This document shows, piece by piece, positions 33,509 through 40,223 of a stretch of 40,223 nt of DNA. A model generated the notes under the pieces. That model was not told the DNA's origin. It ran no database searches and saw only the letters and a program-made list of their open reading frames with translations. Source of the stretch: Chloroflexota bacterium (lineage in GTDB: Bacteria; Chloroflexota; Limnocylindria; QHBO01); contig JANMPX010000246.1 in the NCBI GenBank assembly GCA_031370085.1, positions 1 through 40,223 on the forward strand. The letters run 5' to 3'. A program made the translations under genes and the position numbers. The first letter of the stretch is position 1. Each line of letters starts with the position of its first letter.

Positions 33509-34022
33509 CGGCGCGGGGCATGACGCTCACCGGCGGGCGCGCGGCTCGGGGGAACTCGTGACCGCAGTAGGCGCACAGAGGCCACTCGGGATCGGCCAGT
33601 CGGTTGCAGGACGGGCAGACCCGGTGCAGCCGGGTGCGGCAGTTCGGACATACCAGCCAGTCGGCCTGCACACGATCGCGGCAGACCGGGCACAGCTCGT
33701 TCTTCTCGACTTCGGCCAGGAGCGACTCCTCGGCCAGCGATCGCTCGTAGACCTCGGCCAGCGATTCGCGTGGTCGCACGATCATGTACAGCACCACGGC
33801 GAACAGGAACAGGAGCGGTGTGAAAAAGATGATGAGCGCCGATGCGAAGTACGGCAGGATCGGGTTTTCGCTGCGTGCCTGCATGTCGCGGAAGGCCCAG
33901 TAGGCGGTCCCAAGCCAGAGCAGCACGACATAGATCACGACCAGCGTCGCGGCGGTCTGGACCAGTGGGTTGGTGACGAAGTCGTTCCAGATCTTCCCCG
34001 GATCCGGCAGGCCTTCAGGCAT
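33447..34022 (-). CDS. Membrane-anchored double zinc-ribbon protein (2 TM helices plus CxxC-x9-CxxC and CxxC-x10-CxxC)
   Basis: TM segments TAATLVVIYVVLLWLGTAYWAF and ASALIIFFTPLLFLFAVVLYMIV. Cys clusters CPVCRDRVQADWLVCPNC and CPSCNRLADPEWPLCAYC. The ATG is preceded by GAGGA. Confidence 0.7.
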   Translation of the reverse strand: MPEGLPDPGKIWNDFVTNPLVQTAATLVVIYVVLLWLGTAYWAFRDMQARSENPILPYFASALIIFFTPLLFLFAVVLYMIVRPRESLAEVYERSLAEESLLAEVEKNELCPVCRDRVQADWLVCPNCRTRLHRVCPSCNRLADPEWPLCAYCGHEFPRAARPPVSVMPRADERPGELAPEPTGFRGATNP

Positions 34023-34058
34023 GGGAGGCGATCCTCAGCTGCATTGCGCGCTCAAGAC

Positions 34059-34661
34059 CTATGCTCGTGGCGCGGCGGTCATGCTAGCAGATAGCTGCGC
34101 GAGCACCCGCAGCAGGGCCTGGTGCTCAACCGCCAGGACGCGGTCTGCGAGCCGCTCGGGAGTGTCATCGGCGAGCACTTCCACCTGCACCTGCTCGATC
34201 GGCACCCCTCGATCGAGATCGGTGGTGACCTCGTGAATCGTCACCCCGGTCTGGCGATCCCCGGAATCGAGCACCGCCCGGTGCACGGCCAGCCCCATCA
34301 TCCCCGGCCCGCCGTGACGGGGCAACAGCGATGGATGGATGTTGATCGTCCGCCCACGAAACGCGGCGAAGTAGGGCGGCCGCAGCAACTGGTCGTATCC
34401 GGCCAGCAGCACGAGGTCGCAGTGGGCGCCATTCAGCGCACGGCCGATGGCCGCATCGCGTGCGCCAAGATCGACGAAGTCACGTCCAGCCAGGACGAGG
34501 GCCGGCACCGCGTGCTCGTGGGCAATGGCCAGTGCACCGATCGCATGGCGGTTCGAGATGACCACAACGGGCTCGATCAGGGGCAGCTGTCCGGCCTTGA
34601 CGGCGAGCAGCACGGCCCGCAGATTCGATCCACGACCGGAGACCAGGATTCCCAGCCGCAT
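34059..34661 (-). CDS. purN: Phosphoribosylglycinamide formyltransferase
   Basis: Motifs: MRLGILVSGRGSNL and INIHPSLLPRHGG. The ATG at 34661 lies 5 nt after the purM stop. The track start at 34877 is an extension into purM. Confidence 0.9.
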   Translation of the reverse strand: MRLGILVSGRGSNLRAVLLAVKAGQLPLIEPVVVISNRHAIGALAIAHEHAVPALVLAGRDFVDLGARDAAIGRALNGAHCDLVLLAGYDQLLRPPYFAAFRGRTINIHPSLLPRHGGPGMMGLAVHRAVLDSGDRQTGVTIHEVTTDLDRGVPIEQVQVEVLADDTPERLADRVLAVEHQALLRVLAQLSASMTAAPRA

Positions 34662-34666
34662 CGCGT

Positions 34667-35698
34667 CTAGACGAAGGTGACGCGCGCGGCGCCGGGCGCA
34701 TGTGGCACCACGCTGCCGACCTGCCGGGCCTCCGGTACCGCTCGCAGCGCCAGATGGGCCAGGTCGGCCCGAACCACGCAGGTGAGTCCGATCCCCAGGT
34801 TGAAGGTGCGCACCATCTCGGCGTCGGCGATGTCGCCGCGCTGCTGAATCAGGCTGAAGATCAGCGGAACCGGCCACGAGCCAAGCTGGACCTCCACGCC
34901 GAGCCCGTTCGGCAGGGTACGCGGGATGTTGTCGACCCAGCCACCCCCGGTGATGTGGGCAAAGGCCAATGCGTCTCCGCCGGCTTCACGGAGGGCGCGC
35001 CGCAGGATGCGAATCTCATCGAGGTAGGACCGATGCGGCTCCAGGAGCACCTCACCGATGGTGCGGTCGAGTCCCGGTGCGGTACGGCGCCACTCGTCTT
35101 CGCTGAAGACCCGCCGCGCCAACGAGTAGCCATTGGTGTGCAGCCCGCTCGAGGGCAGGCCGAGCACGGCGTCTCCGACCCGCACCGCTGACCCATCGAT
35201 CAGGTCGGCCCGTGCCACGACCCCCACGATGAAGCCGGCAAGGTCGAAGTCCGCTGATGCGTACAGGTCCGGCAGCTCGGCGGTCTCACCGCCAACCAGC
35301 GAAACGCCGGCGGCTGCGCAGGCATTCGCGACCCCGCCCACGATCTCGGCCGCGATCTCGGCGCGCAGCTTGCCGACGGCGAGATAGTCGAGGAAGAAGA
35401 GCGGATCGGCGCCCTGCACCGCGATGTCATTGATGCAGTGATTGACGAGGTCGACGCCGATCGAGTCGTAGCGCTCCAGGGCGATGGCGATCTTCAGCTT
35501 GGTGCCGACTCCATCGGTGGAGGCGACCAGCACCGGGTCGGGATGCGTCGTGGGATCAAAGCGGAAGAGGCTGCCGAAGCCGCCGATCCCGGCCAGCACG
35601 GCGGGGGTGGCGGTCGCCGCCGCCGCAAGGCCGATCAGCTCGACGGCGCGCTTCGCCTCGTCGATATCGACGCCGGCCTGCCGGTAGCTGTGCGCCAT
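34667..35698 (-). CDS. purM: Phosphoribosylformylglycinamidine cyclo-ligase (AIR synthetase)
   Basis: Motifs: YRQAGVDIDEA, GIGGFGSLF, STDGVGTKL, HITGGG. The ATG at 35698 lies 4 nt after the purF stop. Confidence 0.95.
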   Translation of the reverse strand: MAHSYRQAGVDIDEAKRAVELIGLAAAATATPAVLAGIGGFGSLFRFDPTTHPDPVLVASTDGVGTKLKIAIALERYDSIGVDLVNHCINDIAVQGADPLFFLDYLAVGKLRAEIAAEIVGGVANACAAAGVSLVGGETAELPDLYASADFDLAGFIVGVVARADLIDGSAVRVGDAVLGLPSSGLHTNGYSLARRVFSEDEWRRTAPGLDRTIGEVLLEPHRSYLDEIRILRRALREAGGDALAFAHITGGGWVDNIPRTLPNGLGVEVQLGSWPVPLIFSLIQQRGDIADAEMVRTFNLGIGLTCVVRADLAHLALRAVPEARQVGSVVPHAPGAARVTFV

Positions 35699-35702
35699 CG
35701 GC

Positions 35703-37238
35703 CTAGCCGCGCTCCAGCGCGAACTTGTCGACGTCGAGCGGCACGTCGACCGGGTACCGTCCGTCGAAGCAGGCGGTGCAGCGCCGATCCTGGTCGCCAC
35801 CGACCGCGGCCAGCAGGCCGTCCTGCGAGAGATAGCCGAGGCTGTCGGCGCCAATCAGCTGCCGGATCTCGTCGAGCGAGTGATTGGCGGCGATCAGCTC
35901 GGCCCGCCGACCGGTATCGACTCCCATGTAGCAGGGGTAGCGCATCTGGGGCGAGTGGATCCGAACGTGGATCTCTCGCGCCCCGGCGCGGCGCAGCATG
36001 GCCACGATCGGACCGGTGGTCGTCCCGCGCACGATCGAGTCGTCGACCACCACCACTCGCTTGCCGGACAGGACCTCGGGAAGCGGGTTGAACTTCAGCC
36101 GCACCGAGGCCTCGCGCGATGTCTGGGCCGGTTGGATGAAGGTCCGACCCACGTATCGGTTCTTGATGAGCCCCTCGCGATAGGGAAGCTGCGACTGCTC
36201 CGCGTAGCCGATGGCGGCCGGGATGGCCGAGTCCGGAACCGGTATCACCAGGTCAGCCTCCGCCGGGTGCTCGACGGCAAGCTGGCGACCCATCCGCAGC
36301 CGGGCCTCGTAGAGCAGTCGCCCGTCAATGACGCTGTCGGGCCGGGCCAGGTAGACGAACTCGAAGACGCAGAGGCGTTCGCGGGCGCCGGCGGGGGCGC
36401 CGTTGATGGTCGGCCGATGCGAGTGCACTCCCTCCTCGTCGATGATAAGGATCTCGCCCGCCTCCACGTCGCGGACGAAGGTTGCGCCCATGACGTCGAG
36501 CGCAGCGCTTTCGCTGGCGACGGCCCAGCCGAGCGGACGCCCGTCGGCGGCGCTGATGCGGCCCAGGGCAAGCGGGCGGAAGCCGATCGGATCGCGCGCG
36601 GCGATGAGTGCGCGCTCGGTGAGCATGGTGAACGTGTACGCACCGGCGGCGCGGTGAAAGGCATGTTCCACGCGCTGGACCCAGCTACGGCCAGGTGCAT
36701 GCGCGATCAGCCGCGCCAGCACCTCGGTGTCGCTCGCCGTCACGAACTCGACCCCCTGCTCGGTGAGCTCGTCGCGCAGCCAGGTGGCATTGGTCAGGTT
36801 CCCGTTATGACCGAGCATCAGCTCGCCGAGCTCGCTCTGCGCGTAGACCGGCTGCACGTTGGGGAGGCTATTGGAGCCGGTGGTGCTGTAGCGCGTGTGA
36901 CCGATGGCGATGTGCGCGCCACGCACCTCGCCGTCAACGGCGTGCGGATCCCGCTCCAGGCTGGCGAGCGTCTCCTCGTCAAAGACCTGGCTGACCAGGC
37001 CAAGCCGCTTGTGCAGGGTCAGCCGCGTCCCATCCGAGACGGCGATCCCCGCTGACTCCTGCCCCCGGTGCTGCAGCGCATGCAGCCCGACATAGGCCAG
37101 CCGCGCGACCGACGCTCCCGGAGCGTAGATCCCCACCACTCCACACTCCTCGCGCGGGCCATGGGGCTGATAGACGGGCAGCTCGGCCAGGGGCAGGGGC
37201 TCGTCGGCGACGACGGCTGGCAGGCGTCTGCCCGACAA
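35703..37238 (-). CDS. purF: Amidophosphoribosyltransferase (glutamine PRPP amidotransferase), propeptide-containing type
   Basis: Ntn catalytic CGVVGIY. PRPP loop VVVVDDSIVRGTT. C-terminal Cys residues fit a 4Fe-4S type. The only canonical in-frame start upstream of the catalytic Cys is the TTG at 37238. Confidence 0.95.
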   Translation of the reverse strand: MSGRRLPAVVADEPLPLAELPVYQPHGPREECGVVGIYAPGASVARLAYVGLHALQHRGQESAGIAVSDGTRLTLHKRLGLVSQVFDEETLASLERDPHAVDGEVRGAHIAIGHTRYSTTGSNSLPNVQPVYAQSELGELMLGHNGNLTNATWLRDELTEQGVEFVTASDTEVLARLIAHAPGRSWVQRVEHAFHRAAGAYTFTMLTERALIAARDPIGFRPLALGRISAADGRPLGWAVASESAALDVMGATFVRDVEAGEILIIDEEGVHSHRPTINGAPAGARERLCVFEFVYLARPDSVIDGRLLYEARLRMGRQLAVEHPAEADLVIPVPDSAIPAAIGYAEQSQLPYREGLIKNRYVGRTFIQPAQTSREASVRLKFNPLPEVLSGKRVVVVDDSIVRGTTTGPIVAMLRRAGAREIHVRIHSPQMRYPCYMGVDTGRRAELIAANHSLDEIRQLIGADSLGYLSQDGLLAAVGGDQDRRCTACFDGRYPVDVPLDVDKFALERG

Positions 37239-37409
37239 CTGAATCAGCGTCCGCCGGAGTGCTGGGGCACGACGGGATGATACCGGAAGCCGCCGACAGG
37301 GAAGCGGGTGGCCTCGCTGGTGCCAGCCGGCAACAAGGACTATCGGGCCATCGTGGGGTGGTCAATCAGCCCGGATCATGGAGCCCTACCGTCCGTTCCA
37401 GGAGCCCGC

Positions 37410-39071
37410 ATGCTTCGCGTCGCCCGAGCGCTGGCGTTCACCTCGCCGCTCATGGTCGTGCTCTTCGTGTTCGTCGGTCCGGCCGTGATCGCAAGTGCAA
37501 CGGCCCAGCAGCGCGGGCCGCTGCTGACCCTCGGCGGGCTCGCGCTGGGGGCGGGGATCACCGGCACAGCGCTGGTCTGCTGGCTGTACTTCGGCTGGCG
37601 GTTCAGCCGCATGGCGCTGGCTCTCGAGTCGACGCTCAGCGCCAATGCCCAGGTCACACTCCGCGAGGCCGGCCTCCCCGGTGAGCGTCGGCTGGCCCGC
37701 GCCTTCAACGCCTCAGTGGGGACGTTCATGCAGGTCGAGGCCCGCGCCACGCACGACCGGCTCACCGGCGTCGCCAACCGCGAGACGCTGCTGACGACCC
37801 TGGCCTCCGAGACCGAGCGAGCCACGCGTCACCACAAGTCGCTCTCGGTGGCGTTCATCGACATCGATCGCTTCAAGCCGATCAACGACACCTACGGGCA
37901 CAACTCGGGTGACGCCGTGCTGCGACAGATCGCGGCGCTGATCAATGACAACGTCCGCGCGAGCGACCTCTTCGGGCGCTACGGCGGCGAAGAGTTCATG
38001 CTCATCCTGCCCGAGACCACGGCCGACGAGGCGGTGGTGCTCGCCGAGAAGCTGCGCAGCCTGGTCATGCAGTACCCGCTGGTGATCGCTGGCGGACAGC
38101 TGGTGCAGGTGACCATCAGCATTGGCATCGCCGGCGAGGTGGGCTCCCAGCTGCAGGTGGACCGCCTGGTCGACCAGGCGGATGCTGCCATGTACGCCGC
38201 CAAGTCGCTGGGCCGCAACCGGACCTACCTCTTCCGCGCTCTGGACGAGGAGGCACCGGTGCGACGCGCGCCCATCTCCGCCGAGCGGCGGGCTGCGGCC
38301 ACCGCCATCGGTCGCTGGGCGAACGACACCGCGACCGAAGCCCTCGCGTCAGTGCTGGCCCCGCAACCGAACCACCGGGGGCGACCGTCGGACATGATCG
38401 CCGCGCTGGCCACCGGGATCGCCCTCGAGATGGGAATGGCGCGCGAGGAGATCGATCGGATCAAGATCGCGGCACTGCTGCACGACCTGGGGAAGCTGGC
38501 GGTGCCCGCGGAGATCCTGGACAAGCCGACCGCCCTGTCGGACAACGAATGGCAGGCGATCGGCGAGCACCCCCGCATCGGCCAGGTCATCCTCGAGCAG
38601 GCCTCGTCGCTGCGCGAGGCGATCCCGGTCATCCTCCATCACCATGAGCGATACAACGGCGGCGGATATCCGCACGGACTCAAGGGCGCGGAGATTCCCC
38701 TCGGGGCGCGCATCGTTGCGGTCGCTGACGCGTATCACGCCATGACCCACGAGCGACCGTACAGCTCCGCTCGCGCCCACCACGAGGCGCTCGAGGAGCT
38801 GCGTCAGCACGCCGGCACCCAATTCGATCCCGACGTGGTGGCAGTCTTCTGCCAGATCTACGCGGAAGGGGCCCCGCCCGATGGGCTGGAGGAGGTCTAC
38901 CGGCTGCACGAGCGAGCCAGTGGCGGCCTCACGCGCATCGACCCCCACGCTCAGGCGGCGATCCTGTACCGCGGAGCGCACCCGCATGCCGCCCGCCCGG
39001 CGGGACGAAGGTCGGCCCCGAAGGATCCGCCCAGTTCAACCCCGGGGCCGCCACGGCGAGCCACCGGCTGA
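37410..39071 (+). CDS. Membrane-anchored diguanylate cyclase / c-di-GMP phosphodiesterase fusion (2 TM, linker, GGDEF, HD-GYP)
   Basis: GGDEF domain with RASD I-site and GGEEF A-site. HD-GYP domain with LLHDLGK and HHERYNGGGYP. The ATG at 37410 is preceded by AGGAG (5 nt spacer). The track start at 37308 is less likely. Confidence 0.85.
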   Translation: MLRVARALAFTSPLMVVLFVFVGPAVIASATAQQRGPLLTLGGLALGAGITGTALVCWLYFGWRFSRMALALESTLSANAQVTLREAGLPGERRLARAFNASVGTFMQVEARATHDRLTGVANRETLLTTLASETERATRHHKSLSVAFIDIDRFKPINDTYGHNSGDAVLRQIAALINDNVRASDLFGRYGGEEFMLILPETTADEAVVLAEKLRSLVMQYPLVIAGGQLVQVTISIGIAGEVGSQLQVDRLVDQADAAMYAAKSLGRNRTYLFRALDEEAPVRRAPISAERRAAATAIGRWANDTATEALASVLAPQPNHRGRPSDMIAALATGIALEMGMAREEIDRIKIAALLHDLGKLAVPAEILDKPTALSDNEWQAIGEHPRIGQVILEQASSLREAIPVILHHHERYNGGGYPHGLKGAEIPLGARIVAVADAYHAMTHERPYSSARAHHEALEELRQHAGTQFDPDVVAVFCQIYAEGAPPDGLEEVYRLHERASGGLTRIDPHAQAAILYRGAHPHAARPAGRRSAPKDPPSSTPGPPRRATG

Positions 39072-39092
39072 CGACGCTGGCCGGGTGATCCG

Positions 39093-40223
39093 CTAGAACG
39101 GGGTCTGCCAGGCTGACGCCAGGCTGGCCAGCTCGGCAATCACGCGCTCCGTGCCGACCTGGATCTGGACCGCCCCACCGCCGACGTCGCCAAGGCGCGA
39201 CGCCACCACCCGCTCGGCATCAGACGCGGCGACCAGCGCTGCGACGAACTCGGGCGTGACCGCCACCAGCACCCGGCCGCCGCGCTCCCCGAAGAGCGCT
39301 GCGGTTGGCGCTGTGGCGGCGGCAGGTGGGAGCGCCACCGTGCAGCCGACCTGCGATGACACTGCCATGCGCGCCAGCGCCACTGCCAGGCCGCCGATCG
39401 AAAGGTCATGCGCCGCAGCCGCCACGCCATCGGTGCAGAGCCGTCCGAGCAGTGCCACCAGCCGGGCCGCGGCGACAATGTCAAGCGACGGCGATCCTCC
39501 GAAGTGCCCACGGCGCCAGGCAAGCTCCGAGCCCGCCAGCGAATTCGCATCGTTCGCCTCGGCACCCAGCAGCCAGATCTCGTGGCCGGCCTGCCAGCGC
39601 ATCGGAATCGCGCGGCCGCGGTCTTCGAGCAATCCCACGGTGCCGATCACCGGTGTGGGCAGGATCGGGCCATCGGGTGTCTCGTTGTAGAGGCTCACGT
39701 TCCCCGACACGATCGGAATGGCAAGCGCGCGGCACGCCTCCGCCATACCGGCCACCGCCTCGCACAGCTGCCAGTAGCCGGCGGGGTTCTCGGGCGATCC
39801 GAAGTTCAGGCAGTTGGTGATGCCGATCGGGGTCGCCCCGCTGCAGGCCACGTTCAGCGCCCCCTCGACCACGACCGCGGCGCCGGCCAGTCGCGGGTCG
39901 AGCGAGCCGACGCGGCCGGGCCCGTCGAGCGCAAGGGCGATGGCCCGCGCGGTCCCCTTGATCCGCAGCAGCGCAGCGTCTCCGGCACCAGGGCCGACCA
40001 GCGTGTTAATCCCGTTCATGTGGTCGTAGCGACGCCAGACTGGCTTCCGGCTGCGGACGTTCGGAGTCGAGAGCAGCTCCCGCAGCGTCGCGGCGGTCGG
40101 CCGCTCGCGCGCCAGTCCCTCGAGGCTCTCGGATCGGCGGGCCGCCAGGTCGTGCGGCGGGGCGGCCGGTGGCCTGTAGCGAGGCGCATCGTCGACCAGC
40201 GCCCGACCCGGCACCTCGCAGAC
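39093..40223 (-). CDS. purL: Phosphoribosylformylglycinamidine synthase subunit PurL, C-terminal half (5' end of the gene lies beyond the window)
   Basis: Motifs: RYDHMNGINTLVGPG, ALALDG, NCLNFGSPE, VSGNVSLYNE. The reading frame stays open to the window edge. Confidence 0.9.
   Translation of the reverse strand, partial: VCEVPGRALVDDAPRYRPPAAPPHDLAARRSESLEGLARERPTAATLRELLSTPNVRSRKPVWRRYDHMNGINTLVGPGAGDAALLRIKGTARAIALALDGPGRVGSLDPRLAGAAVVVEGALNVACSGATPIGITNCLNFGSPENPAGYWQLCEAVAGMAEACRALAIPIVSGNVSLYNETPDGPILPTPVIGTVGLLEDRGRAIPMRWQAGHEIWLLGAEANDANSLAGSELAWRRGHFGGSPSLDIVAAARLVALLGRLCTDGVAAAAHDLSIGGLAVALARMAVSSQVGCTVALPPAAATAPTAALFGERGGRVLVAVTPEFVAALVAASDAERVVASRLGDVGGGAVQIQVGTERVIAELASLASAWQTPF

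Noticed and set aside
37239-37409. A riboswitch (ZTP/pfl, purine or c-di-GMP class) in the purF / GGDEF divergent region
   Set aside because: I read both strands for the conserved cores, such as the ZTP CCGCCUGGGC pseudoknot element, the purine-riboswitch loop-loop motifs and the GEMM tetraloop/receptor. None was found. A covariance-model scan (Infernal/Rfam) would settle it.
1-40223. CRISPR arrays, tandem DNA repeats, IS elements, prophage genes, or known defence systems (RM, Abi, TA, CBASS, retrons)
   Set aside because: No regularly spaced direct repeats or long identical DNA repeats were seen by eye. No nuclease, methylase, reverse-transcriptase or transposase motifs appear among the credible CDSs. 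RadC and the CPBP/Abi-type protease occur in some mobile or immunity contexts, but here they sit among housekeeping genes with no partner genes.

Overview
Very GC-rich, very compact bacterial chromosomal segment. I call 33 protein genes and 1 tRNA. Many neighbouring genes overlap by 1-4 nt at start/stop, and there is almost no intergenic DNA.

Content from left to right:
1. A wall-glycopolymer assembly block: LCP ligase, GT4, Wzy_C/O-antigen-ligase-like membrane protein, polyprenyl-phosphate sugar-1-P transferase, an embedded tRNA-Pro(UGG) and a second GT4. It is followed by mazG and a membrane-anchored double-parvulin PPIase.
2. A translationally coupled six-gene operon. Five genes match all steps of the WbpA/B/E/D/I-type route to UDP-2,3-diacetamido-2,3-dideoxy-mannuronate. 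The sixth is a Dpm1/Ppm1-like GT2.
3. rph-rdgB.
4. mreB-mreC, followed on the same strand by two large secreted multidomain proteins. One is a SleL/YaaH-like GH18. The other has a possible clan-CD-like His/Cys alpha/beta domain. Both share an Ig-like domain plus an unrecognised ~75-aa C-terminal module.
5. The alpha-glucan genes glgB, glgX and glgE.
6. A PQQ sugar dehydrogenase lipoprotein, radC, a CPBP intramembrane protease and a membrane double-zinc-ribbon protein.
7. purL, then an opposite-strand GGDEF/HD-GYP gene, then purF-purM-purN.

I see no transposase, integrase, phage gene, CRISPR array, toxin-antitoxin pair or recognisable defence system. The window is mostly housekeeping and envelope biogenesis.

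The best candidate for something undescribed is the mreBC-linked pair of secreted wall-enzyme-like proteins and their shared C-terminal module. Secondary points are three leaderless-type promoter/start arrangements, the tRNA embedded in a glycan operon, and the c-di-GMP gene splitting the pur cluster.

Many long ORFs in the supplied track, including the 1528-aa one, are GC-driven antisense shadows. The lineage looks monoderm/Terrabacteria-like (LCP, GlgE, leaderless starts), but this is inference only. All domain calls come from motif recognition by eye; no searches were run.
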